64,000 nucleotides of DNA from an uncultured Phycisphaerales bacterium (GTDB lineage Bacteria > Planctomycetota > Phycisphaerae > Tepidisphaerales > Tepidisphaeraceae), in contig CAWJPJ010000007.1 of the NCBI GenBank assembly GCA_963844715.1, positions 1,344,001 to 1,408,000 of the forward strand, read 5' to 3'. Numbering within the stretch: position 1 is the stretch's first letter; every line of letters begins with the position of its first letter. Below, piece by piece: positions 22,583 to 31,906 of the stretch. The notes beneath the pieces are model-generated. The model was given only the letters and a program-made list of their open reading frames with translations. It was not told where the DNA came from and did not search any database. The translations under genes and the position numbers were made by a program.

Positions 22583-22891
22583 ATGAATCGCTTTGATATT
22601 TACGATGCACAAGTGATTTGGGGAGGCTGTGAAGACCGCCGTCCTTGGTTGATCGTGGAGGTTCTTCCGCATAATCGCGTTGGCTGCCTTCCGATATCCA
22701 CACAGAACTATCGCGGCGCCGCGTTTCCCATTTCGGAGAGCGATCCAGACTTCCCGGCGACGGGACTGAAGAAGAGTTGTTTTGTTCATGATGAGAAGAT
22801 TATTGACGTTGCGGTGAACTGCCTTATTAAACGTCGCGGGCGCCTCGAAGGCGATTTACTGGGACGATTTCGTAAATATTCCGGGATTTGA
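22583..22891 (+). CDS. PemK/MazF-like toxin
   Basis: 'FDIY...RRPWLIV...CLPIST...TGLKKSCFV...KRRGRL' MazF-like pattern; lies 10 bp after the antitoxin stop once the IS is removed. Confidence 0.7.
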   Translation: MNRFDIYDAQVIWGGCEDRRPWLIVEVLPHNRVGCLPISTQNYRGAAFPISESDPDFPATGLKKSCFVHDEKIIDVAVNCLIKRRGRLEGDLLGRFRKYSGI

Positions 22892-22962
22892 ACTGTCGGA
22901 TTTTGCGATGAACCGCCCGGACGGGGGCTCGATCGATGCAACCCGGCGGGCGGGATCGCCGT

Positions 22963-23107
22963 GGCGACGTTCATCCGGGACGGGGAAAAGCAGTCGATTA
23001 GGATTACGATTATGATGATGATTATGAGGGGAACTCGAGATCGGGATTGCCGGGGGAGGGCGCGGCTTGGGTGTGAAAGTGTGAAAGTGTGAAAGTGTGA
23101 AGGTGGG
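22963..23107 (+). repeat. direct repeat unit A2 flanking the TA cassette
   Basis: matches 20330-20485. Confidence 0.85.
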
Positions 23108-23282
23108 CGAGCGCGAATCGATAGACGTTAGGGACGACCTTCTCCTTTCAAGAATCGCCCCTCACCCGTCCTGCGGAAACTAGCGGGATAAAGGGAGAGG
23201 GGACTAAAATACATCCGCGCCCGTGTTTGATAGGCGGCGGTTGGGGCAAAGTGCGGCGGCTCCATTTGTCGATAACGCCACT

Positions 23283-23858
23283 ATGAAACAATCGCTGGCA
23301 CTGCCCGTACGGAAAGCCGGCGCACGCGGCGAAGCCGAACTTGTCGTCGATGCCGAGCATTACCGGCGGGTGGTGGAGGAGGGGATTTTGCGGGCTGGGG
23401 TGAGTTTGGATATCGCGACGGCGGATTTTAAGGCGATGATTTTGCCTTCGGTGCCGGGGTGTCGGGGGGTGAGCATCATTCGGGCGCTGCGGCGACTGGC
23501 GGAGGGGGGAGTGGAAGTTCGGCTCCTGCATGCGGGGACGCCTAGCGGGCCGGCTTTGCAGGAATTGAAGGAGGGGTTGCCTCGGAATCTGGTGATTCGG
23601 CGGTGTCCGCGGTTGCATGCGAAGGCGGTGATCGTCGATTGCCGGAGAATGTATCTGGGGAGCGCGAATTTCACGGGGGCGGGGCTGGGGGCCAAGGCGG
23701 ATGGGCGGCGGAATTTCGAGTGGGGGGTGTGGACGGAATCGCCGGGGATGATCGACGCGGTGCTGGAACAGTTCAACGCGCTGTGGGAAGGGCGGCGATG
23801 CGTGAACTGCAAGCGGAAGGATGTTTGCCCCGTGCCACTGGAAGAGCCTAGGCTTTAG
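23283..23858 (+). CDS. phospholipase D-family (single HKD, nuclease-like) protein
   Basis: 'LHAKAVIVD...YLGSANFT...NFEWG'; C-terminal CxxC-x5-C. Confidence 0.85.
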   Translation: MKQSLALPVRKAGARGEAELVVDAEHYRRVVEEGILRAGVSLDIATADFKAMILPSVPGCRGVSIIRALRRLAEGGVEVRLLHAGTPSGPALQELKEGLPRNLVIRRCPRLHAKAVIVDCRRMYLGSANFTGAGLGAKADGRRNFEWGVWTESPGMIDAVLEQFNALWEGRRCVNCKRKDVCPVPLEEPRL

Positions 23859-23950
23859 AAGCAGGAGCCTAGAGCGTGCGGGGGCCTTCTTTGACGACGC
23901 GAGAGCTTTTGAATCCGAGGGCGATTCGGCGCATAAAAGGGCGAAGGCGA

Positions 23951-24058
23951 AATGCAAAGCGGGAGGGCGGGAAAACCATATCAGGCCCGTCCTGCGGAAA
24001 CTATCGGAGGCCTCCCCTGCACCCCACCACCACCTCCGGCTTCCCCTCAACCGTCCGG
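23951..24058 (+). repeat. dispersed ~105-bp repeat B (related copies 31491-31597 + and 31655-31752 -)
   Basis: aatgcaaagcggg...gaaaacc...tcctgcggaaact...gcaccccaccacc...ttcccctcaa shared. Confidence 0.75.
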
Positions 24059-24282
24059 AGGGAAGAGGCATTCGAGGCTGCGATGCACCGACACTTTTCG
24101 GCTCTGCCGGGAATCTCCGTCATTGGTTTTTGGTTGAAAAGAAGGGAACAGCGCGTGCGGCAGCCGTGTCTTTGGTGGCGGGCATCGCAAAATGGTGACG
24201 ACGCAGGCCATATGGTTGAATTAGTCGTGCTCTCATCGAACAATTGGGGAGTGATTGAGTATTGTACTTGGATCGGCGCGGG

Positions 24283-24370
24283 TCCCTCCCCTGCCCTCCC
24301 CCGGAGTACCGGGGGAGGGAGGGAAAAGAACCCTCACCCCGGCCCTCTCCCTGAGTACATGGAGAGGGAG
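24283..24370. repeat. REP-like palindromes (ccctc...gagtac...gaggg family)
   Basis: ccctcccccggagtaccgggggaggg and ccctctccctgagtacatggagaggg; related copies ~23160, 25650, 25845, 35790, 56006, 58570-58730, 62630. Confidence 0.8.
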
Positions 24371-24422
24371 TGAGAGGACGTAGCGGGTGCGAAGGGGCGC
24401 GCGGAATTTGGCGAGTGTTCGG

Positions 24423-25442
24423 ATGAATTCTCTTACTCGGCGATTGTTGCCTGCTTTGCAGCTCACACGGATGGCGTTGGTGTTTACTGCGCTGGCGGAT
24501 AGCGCTTGCGCGATGCTGCTGACGGCGGCGAAGCAGGCGGGGAATGAATCGCTTTGGCTTCAGCTCACCTTTCGGCAGTGCCTTTCTTTGATGATGATTT
24601 CCGTGGGGCTGTATGGGTTTGGGATGAGTCTGAACGATATTATCGATCGGCGGCGGGATCAGCATATTTCGCCGAATCGGCCGATCCCTAGCGGGCGGAT
24701 TGGGGTTAGAACGGCGCATGTGGTTTGCACGCTTCTCATCCTGATGGCGCTTTTTGGGGGGGAGACTTATGCCAATGTCGTGCCGGGGTCTTCGCTTAGT
24801 CTGGTGCTGGTCTTTTTCACGGCGGCGCTGATCACGTTTTATGATTTCATGGCTAAATACCTGGTCGCGCCGGGGTTGCTTTCGCTGGGATTGATTCGAT
24901 TTTTTCATGCGACGATCGCGGCGCCGGGGCTGCCGGTTTTGTGGCATCCGCTTTGGCTTTTGAATCATGTGGCGATTGTTTCGATGCTGGCTTATCACTG
25001 GGAACAGAAGCGGCCGGCGCTGCGGCCGGTGCATTGGTGGTCGGTTTGCATGGGACTGGTCGGGATCAATCTTTTGGCGATTGCGCTGGTGTGGTGGCGG
25101 CGGCATGAGCGCGATCCATTTTTGCCGATGAGCGAGGCGCTGACTGTGGGGCCGCAGCTTTTTTTTCCGCTGATCGCGTCGGCGGTGTTTGTGGGGCTGG
25201 CGATTTGGATTCGCCGCATGAATCCCAACCCGCGCGACGCGGGGCAAACGCTTATGCTGGCGGGGTTGCTTTGGCTGATTGTGTATGACGGGGTTTTCGC
25301 GGCGGCGTACGCCGGGGCGGGGGCGGGGCTGGCGGTGTTGGCGCTGCTGCCGGCGGCGTATCTGTCGGTGCTGGCGATGCGGGCGTGGGGGAGGGTGCTG
25401 TCGCTGTCGCAGCGGCCGCAGTTTCGGCGGGTGGAGACTTAA
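24423..25442 (+). CDS. UbiA-family prenyltransferase
   Basis: 'LNDIIDRRRD...PNRPIPSGRI' motif, multiple TM helices. Confidence 0.85.
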   Translation: MNSLTRRLLPALQLTRMALVFTALADSACAMLLTAAKQAGNESLWLQLTFRQCLSLMMISVGLYGFGMSLNDIIDRRRDQHISPNRPIPSGRIGVRTAHVVCTLLILMALFGGETYANVVPGSSLSLVLVFFTAALITFYDFMAKYLVAPGLLSLGLIRFFHATIAAPGLPVLWHPLWLLNHVAIVSMLAYHWEQKRPALRPVHWWSVCMGLVGINLLAIALVWWRRHERDPFLPMSEALTVGPQLFFPLIASAVFVGLAIWIRRMNPNPRDAGQTLMLAGLLWLIVYDGVFAAAYAGAGAGLAVLALLPAAYLSVLAMRAWGRVLSLSQRPQFRRVET

Positions 25443-25460
25443 ATTCCGGAAAAAAGATTC

Positions 25461-25773
25461 ACCGCCCGCGAGTACGCTGGATTAACCGCCCGCGAGTACG
25501 CTAGAGACGCGGAGAGCGCGGAGATAAGAAAAGAATGAATTGCTTTTCAAAAAAAGAGAATTGAATTTGCTCTGCTGAAATCCTTGGGTGCTCGGAGCAG
25601 AACCCCCACCCATCGTGCCGAAACTGGCGGATGGGGACAGGGGGTGCTCCCCCTGAGTACAGGGAGAGGGGGAAAGAGGATTCTCGGACGGAGGATTTCA
25701 TCAGAGCAAATTGAATTCTCTGCGTCTGTCTCCACGATCTCCGCGGCTCTAGCGTACTCGCGGGCGGTTTTTA
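25461..25773. repeat. long inverted-repeat element with nested REP-like hairpin
   Basis: aaccgcccgcgagtacgctagag (~25484) vs ctctagcgtactcgcgggcggtt (~25748); left arm partly duplicated at 25461. Confidence 0.8.
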
Positions 25774-25899
25774 ATCTTCGATTTGGAAATGATTCTGCGC
25801 CGCCGAAGTCCTAGCGTTCTCGGGGCAGAACCCCCACCCCAGCCCTCCCCCTGAGTACATGGGGAGGAGGAAGAGAAGTACTCTGAGCAGGCCAAATGA

Positions 25900-26445
25900 T
25901 TATTTAAATCCCTTGCGGCGCTGTTGGCTGTAGCGGGCTAGGGCGTCTTCGATGATGGGGTAGGCTTTGGCGGCGGGTTCGATGGCGTCGACTTCGACGG
26001 CCTTGCCTTCGAGCTGTTTGTAATCCTGGAAAAATCTTCGGAGCATGGCGAGGCGGTGGGCGGGCATTTCGCTGGCTTCGACGTAGCTGTTGAATTCGGG
26101 GTCTTCCATGGCGACGCCGATGATTTTGTGGTCTTTTTTTCCGGCGTCGATCATGGTCATCAGGCCGATGGTGCGGACTTTGGGGATGAGGGTCAGGGGG
26201 ACGACGGTTTCTTGGCAGAGAACCAGGACGTCGAGGGGATCGTCATCCTCGGCGAGCGTTTGGGGGATGAAGCCGTAGTTGGCGGGGTAGTAGACGGCGG
26301 AATAGAGGACGCGGTCCAGCTTGATGAGGCCGCTCTCTTTATCGAGTTCGTACTTCACGCTGGAGCCGAAGGGGATTTCGATCACGGCGGCGAATTCGCG
26401 CGGGACGTGCTCGCCGGGGGTTACATCGTGCCAGGGGTGAACCAT
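25900..26445 (-). CDS. ppa: inorganic pyrophosphatase
   Basis: 'KYELDK...[23 protein letters not shown]...FFQDYK'. Confidence 0.95.
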   Translation of the reverse strand: MVHPWHDVTPGEHVPREFAAVIEIPFGSSVKYELDKESGLIKLDRVLYSAVYYPANYGFIPQTLAEDDDPLDVLVLCQETVVPLTLIPKVRTIGLMTMIDAGKKDHKIIGVAMEDPEFNSYVEASEMPAHRLAMLRRFFQDYKQLEGKAVEVDAIEPAAKAYPIIEDALARYSQQRRKGFK

Positions 26446-26524
26446 AATTCCTTAGTCTTATCGGCAGGGATTATAGGGGCCTTGGCTTGAAAAATCGGCG
26501 GCGGGGCGCGACGATTCGGGCCGC

Positions 26525-27942
26525 TTGCGAATTTTTTCCAGAGTCATATCAGCATTGCTGGCGGCGGCGGGGGTTTACATCCTGATTTTCGGACCCAGGG
26601 CGGGGTCGGAAATTCCGGCGGATCGGCGCGGGGACACCATCGTCGAGTATTGGGAAAAGTGGACGGGGCAGGAAAGCGACGACATGGCGCAGATCGTGCG
26701 CGATTTCAATAATACGGTCGGGAAAGAGAAGCACATCTACGTTCGGTACGTTTCGACGAGCGATATCCAATATAAGACATTGCTGGCGATCGCGGGGGGT
26801 ACGCCGCCGGATGTGGCGGGATTGTTTCATGATGTGGTGGTGCAGTATGGGGCGCTGGGGCGCTGGAGCCGCTGGAGGATTTGGCGACGGCGCATGGGAT
26901 AAGCGGGGGGGACTATAAGCCGGTGTATTGGAAGGCGTGTCATTACAACGGGCATTTGTATGCGCTGCCTAGCACGCCGGGGGCGGTGGCGCTGTTTTAT
27001 AACACGAAGATTTTTCACGATAGCGCGGCGGCGTTGCGCAGGGCGGGGCTGGATCCGGGGCGGGTGCCGCGGACGCTGGAGGAGCTGGATCGATATGCGG
27101 CGGCGTTGAATGTCTATAGCACGGATTCGAGCGGGCGGCGGCATTTGGATCGGGCGGGATATATTCCGATGGAGCCGGGGTGGTATATCACGGAAACACA
27201 GATCTGGTTTGGCACGGATGTGTGGGACTCGGCGAATCAGAAATTCATCCTCAACGATCCGCGCGTGGTGGCGGCTTATCAGTGGGTTCAGAATTATTCT
27301 TTGGCGATCGGGGCGGACGAGATTCGGGAATTTTCGGGGACCAACGATCCAACCAAGGGGGGATTCAACACGGTTCAGAACGCGTTCATTGCGGGGCGTG
27401 TGGCGATGGAACAGCAGGGGCCGTGGATGGCGAATTTCATTCATATACTGAAGCCGGAGATGGATCATGAATGGGCGGCGGCGCCGTTTCCGTCGAATGT
27501 GCCGGGGCAAACGGATGTTACTTTTTGTCCGTTCAATTGCCTGATGATCCCTAAAGGGGCCAAGCACAAGGAGGCGGCGTTTGAATTCATCGCTTACGTG
27601 AATCGGCAGGACGTGATGGAGAAAATCTGCTCTTTGCAATGCACGAATTCGCCATTGGCGAGAGTGAGCGCGAGTTTTTTGGCGCATCATCCGAATCCGT
27701 ATATCAGTGTGTTTGAGGAATTGTCGAGCAGCCCCAACGCCTATGGACCGATTGACAACGCGATCGGGCAGGAAGTGGGGAAGGATTTGCAGTCTCTGGC
27801 GCAGGGGCTGGCGGCTCTGGCGGTCGATCCGGAGACGGGGAAGTTGCTGAGCGCGAAGGATGCGCTGGATCGACTGCAGGCACGCGAAGAGGAGAAGCTG
27901 CGGATTTATCGGGAGGATCAGGCGCGGAGGAAAAACCAGTGA
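26525..27942 (+). CDS. carbohydrate ABC transporter substrate-binding protein (indel ~26860)
   Basis: 'AIAGGTPPDV', 'LYALP...LFYNTKIF', 'FIAGRVAM...GPW'. Confidence 0.85.
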
Positions 27943-28817
27943 GCCGGGAAGGGCGAAATTTTCTTAAGGGGATGGCGTTTCTTTCGCCGTGGCTGATTGG
28001 GTTCGCGGCGTTCACGCTGATTCCGGTGGCGCTTTCGCTTTATTACAGTTTTTGCCAATATTCGCTGGTGCAGTCGCCGTTGTGGTGCGGGTGGGACAAT
28101 TACCGGCTGCTTTGGAACGATGACGTTTTCTGGCTCGCGATGCGTGTGACGTTCGTTTACGCGGCGATGGCGCTGCCCGCGGGGTTGATCGTGGCGCTGG
28201 GGCTGGCGCTGCTGCTGAATCAGAAGGTGCCGGGGCAGTCGCTGTTTCGGACGATCATTTTCATTCCGTCGCTGGTGCCGACGATTGCGTCGGCGGCGCT
28301 TTGGCTGTGGCTGCTGAATCAGAAGCTGGGGCTGGTGAATTGGCTGTTGGGGTGGGTGGGGCTGCCGGGGCCGGGGTGGTTGACGGATACGCGATGGGTG
28401 CTGCCGGGGCTGGCGCTGATGAGTGTGTGGGGTTGCGGGAACACGGCCGTCATCTATCTGGCTGGGCTTCAAGATGTGCCGCGCGAATTGTATGAGGCGG
28501 CGAGCCTGGATGGGGCGGGGCCGGTGCGGCGGTTGTGGCACGTGACGATTCCGATGATCTCGCCGGTGATTTTTTTCAATCTGGTGATGGCGATCATCGG
28601 CGTGTTTCAGGTTTTCGATGCGCCTTATCTGATGACCAACGGCGGGCCTAGCCGGGCGAGTTATTTTTATACGTATTACCTTTACGATTCGGGGTTCACG
28701 TATTTGAAAATGGGATACGCCAGCGCGATGGCGTGGATTCAACTTTTGATCGTGGTGGCGCTGACGGGGCTGGCGTTTTTGACGAGCCGGAAATGGGTCT
28801 ATTACCAGGGAAAATGA
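27939..28817 (+). CDS. carbohydrate ABC transporter permease
   Basis: 'YLAGLQDVPRELYEAASLDGA' EAA motif. Confidence 0.92.
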   Translation: MSREGRNFLKGMAFLSPWLIGFAAFTLIPVALSLYYSFCQYSLVQSPLWCGWDNYRLLWNDDVFWLAMRVTFVYAAMALPAGLIVALGLALLLNQKVPGQSLFRTIIFIPSLVPTIASAALWLWLLNQKLGLVNWLLGWVGLPGPGWLTDTRWVLPGLALMSVWGCGNTAVIYLAGLQDVPRELYEAASLDGAGPVRRLWHVTIPMISPVIFFNLVMAIIGVFQVFDAPYLMTNGGPSRASYFYTYYLYDSGFTYLKMGYASAMAWIQLLIVVALTGLAFLTSRKWVYYQGK

Positions 28818-29687
28818 ATGGAAGCCTCGGCAAAAAGATCGCAAAAAATCGCGGTGGCCCTTTCATACGGCGGATTGCTGATCGCCTGCGGGATGATGGT
28901 GCTGCCATTTTTGTGGCTGATCTCGACGAGTTTGAAGACGGTGCCGCAGACGATGGAGTATCCGCCGCGCTGGCTGCCTGATCCGCCGATGTTTGGGACG
29001 TACGTCGATGTGCTGAAGAATCCGCGGGCGAATTTTATTTTGTGGACGCGGAACACGCTGATCATTGCCGCGCTGACGGTTGCCGGGGTGACGATTTCCA
29101 GTTCGATCGTCGCTTACGGATTTGCGCGGATTCGATTTCGCGGGCGCGGACTGCTGTTTGCGCTGATGCTCTCGACGATGATGATTCCGTTCCCGGTGAT
29201 GATGGTGCCCCTGTATGCGATCTTCCGCTGGCTGGGGGATCACACGGGGATTCAATGGCTGGGGACGTTCAAGCCGCTTTGGGTGCCGGCGTGGTTTGGG
29301 TCGGCGTTCAGCATCTTTTTGCTGCGGCAATTTTTTGTGACGATTCCCGAGGAGCTATCCGAGGCGGCGCGGATTGATGGGTGCAATGAGTGGGGGATTT
29401 ACTGGCATATCATTCTGCCGCTCTCGCGCCTGGCGCTGAGCGTCGTCGCGCTCTTCACGTTCATGTATGTCTGGCGGGATTTCCTGGGGCCGCTGGTTTA
29501 TCTCCAGCGGTCGAGCCAGTTCACGCTCACGCTGGGGTTGCAGGCGTTTCAGTCGCAGAACGGGGGGACGCCGTGGAATGAGCTGATGGCCGCGAGTGTG
29601 CTGGTGATTGCACCGGTAATCGTGCTGTTTTTTCTGGCGCAGCGGACGTTTATCGAGGGGATCGCCACGACCGGCATGAAGGGATAA
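28818..29687 (+). CDS. carbohydrate ABC transporter permease
   Basis: 'IPEELSEAARIDG' EAA motif. Confidence 0.92.
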   Translation: MEASAKRSQKIAVALSYGGLLIACGMMVLPFLWLISTSLKTVPQTMEYPPRWLPDPPMFGTYVDVLKNPRANFILWTRNTLIIAALTVAGVTISSSIVAYGFARIRFRGRGLLFALMLSTMMIPFPVMMVPLYAIFRWLGDHTGIQWLGTFKPLWVPAWFGSAFSIFLLRQFFVTIPEELSEAARIDGCNEWGIYWHIILPLSRLALSVVALFTFMYVWRDFLGPLVYLQRSSQFTLTLGLQAFQSQNGGTPWNELMAASVLVIAPVIVLFFLAQRTFIEGIATTGMKG

Positions 29688-29812
29688 TCTCCCCCGGCCT
29701 ATTTTCCGGATAAGAGCTTGCCGTCAAAGGCGTTACGACCCCTAATGTCGTCAGGGTCGGGTGCCGATGAGGGGAGTGGGCATATAGTAAGTTAGAGGCT
29801 GGAGGGACGAAT

Positions 29813-30262
29813 ATGATTCCTCAATACGCTTACTCGCTGAGTGGCGATCAGTATCGCGGGCCGTACGCGACGCGCGAAGAGGCGCTGGCGGCGGCGATTG
29901 AATCGGCGCGGCGTTCGCCGGCGTCGCCGCAGTCGGTGTTTGTGGGGCGGATGGTCGCGGCGGATGCGAAGGCGGGGGGACACGCACGAGCCATTTTGTC
30001 CAACATGGCGGCTCGCGCTCGGGAGGAATTTGGGGACGCGGCCGAGCAATATCTGAACGCGATTCCCAAAGCGCAAGTTGAAAATCTGGATCAAGCGCTG
30101 GAACTGGTCATTCGCAACTGGCTGCAGAATGCGGATTTGATGCCGACGTTCTTTAAGGTAGAAGCGATCGGAGAATATCCGGTTCCGGCGTCCAAGGAAG
30201 ACCGCGATCCCGGCGATTACCGGGAAGTTCAGGAAATCGGCAGCGGCGAGTACGGCGGTTAA
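29813..30262 (+). CDS. hypothetical protein
   Basis: GGAGG SD, 149-aa ORF with host-like codon usage. Confidence 0.65.
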   Translation: MIPQYAYSLSGDQYRGPYATREEALAAAIESARRSPASPQSVFVGRMVAADAKAGGHARAILSNMAARAREEFGDAAEQYLNAIPKAQVENLDQALELVIRNWLQNADLMPTFFKVEAIGEYPVPASKEDRDPGDYREVQEIGSGEYGG

Positions 30263-30272
30263 TTCCTGGCCT

Positions 30273-30672
30273 CGTACCGTTCCCTTGTGCGCGGTCTGGC
30301 GCATTTGTATTCTCACTTCGTTCATAACGGCATTGGCACAGAGGACACAGAGGACACAGAGTGCACAGAGAGAGAAAGCTAATCTTTAATTTGTCTTCTC
30401 TGTGGCCTCTGTGTGGCTCTGTGTCCTCTGTGGTCGCATTTATTCCCGCGTGTTCGACCGCGGTTTGGGGGTACGGGGGATAATTCCTCTCTTCATACCG
30501 TTCACTTGTGCGCAGTCTGGCGCATTTGTATTCTCACTTCGTTCATAACAGCATTGGCACGGAGGACACGGAGCACACAGAGAGCACACAGAGAGAAAGC
30601 TAATTTTTAGTTTGTCTTCTCTGTGGCCTCTGTGTGGCTCTGTGTCCTCTGTGGTCGCATTTATCCCCCCGC
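30273..30672. repeat. tandem duplication of a ~178-bp unit containing a cacagag/ctctgtg hairpin
   Basis: 30273-30450 vs 30495-30672 nearly identical. Confidence 0.9.
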
Positions 30673-30687
30673 GATTCCGGAGGCGCC

Positions 30688-31416
30688 ATGTCCATCCGCG
30701 TTACCGTCTGGCATGAATTTCGTCATGAAAAGTTGAATCCTAAGGTTGCGGAGATCTATCCGCGCGGGATGCATGAGGCGATTGCTTCGCATCTGCGGAA
30801 GAGTTCCGATCTGGCGGTGCGCACGGCGACGCTGGACGAGCCGGGGCACGGGCTTTCGGGGGATGTGCTGGATTCGACGGATGTGCTGACTTGGTGGGGG
30901 CATCATGCGCATCCGGAAGTGAAGGATGACGTCGTCGAGCGGGTGTTCAATCGCGTTTTGGGGGGGATGGGGCTGCTGGTTTTGCATAGCGCGCACTTTT
31001 CCAAAATCTTTCGGAAATTGATGGGGACGGGGTGCGATTTGAAATGGCGCGAGGAGGAGAATGAGCGGGAGATTCTTTGGGTGACGCGGCCGGGGCATCC
31101 GGTCGTGAAGGGGATCAACGATCATTTCGTTATTCCGCGCGAGGAGATGTACGGGGAATTTTTTGACGTCCCGGAGCCGGAGTGCACGTTTTTGATCAGC
31201 AGCTTTTCGGGGGGCGAAGTCTTCCGAAGCGGGTGCACCTGGACGCGCGGGGCGGGAAGGATCGTTTATTTCCGGCCGGGGCATGAGACGTTTCCAACTT
31301 ATCATGATGCGAATGTGCTGAGGGTGATTGAGAATGCGGTGCGGTGGCTGGCGCCGACGGGTTCGACGACGCCGCAAACTTATGGGAATCGGCCGATGGG
31401 GTGGGTGGATCGGTGA
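30688..31416 (+). CDS. thuA: ThuA-family (trehalose utilisation-like) protein
   Basis: 'IRVTVWHE...IYPRGMH...DVLTWWGH...LHSAHFSK...[10 protein letters not shown]'. Confidence 0.88.
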   Translation: MSIRVTVWHEFRHEKLNPKVAEIYPRGMHEAIASHLRKSSDLAVRTATLDEPGHGLSGDVLDSTDVLTWWGHHAHPEVKDDVVERVFNRVLGGMGLLVLHSAHFSKIFRKLMGTGCDLKWREEENEREILWVTRPGHPVVKGINDHFVIPREEMYGEFFDVPEPECTFLISSFSGGEVFRSGCTWTRGAGRIVYFRPGHETFPTYHDANVLRVIENAVRWLAPTGSTTPQTYGNRPMGWVDR

Positions 31417-31490
31417 TTTGCCTGGCAGGTAGAGGGGGCGGGCGAACTATCGCAAATATGTCAGATTTCTGGTTAATCGGTCCAAATTCA

Positions 31491-31752
31491 AATGCAAAGC
31501 GGGGAGGCGGGAGAAAACCATACGGCCCCTCCTGCGGAAACTGCCGGAATCCTCCCGCACCCCACCACCCTCTTTCCTTCCCCTCAAACCGTCCGGCGGC
31601 GAAATAGCGTAGGGCCAATTGCATAATCCCATTGGCGTTCTCCCCCCTGGGGCGTTGAGCGGAAGGTGGAAAAGGTGGTGGGGTTGCAGGGGAGGATTCC
31701 GTTAGTTTTCGCGGGACAGGCATTATGGGGTTTTCCCTCCTCCCCTGGCATT
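31491..31752. repeat. two inverted copies of repeat B forming a long imperfect palindrome
   Basis: 31491-31597 vs reverse complement of 31655-31752. Confidence 0.7.
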
Positions 31753-31906
31753 GCGTGTCGTTTTTGAACGATAGATTGGCTCGTAATCGAACTCCAAGCG
31801 CACCAATTTTGCCCCGTGTTTGGCGATTCCAAATCTTTTTCTTGCCCGCCCTTAACGCAATCTATACGCTATCAGTTGGGCCGTAAAAAAGACGAGGAGG
31901 CTCATC

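Noticed and set aside
30273..30672. Possible CRISPR array (also considered 45715-45781 and 16605-16636)
   Set aside because: Only 2-3 units, no unique-spacer periodicity, no cas genes.
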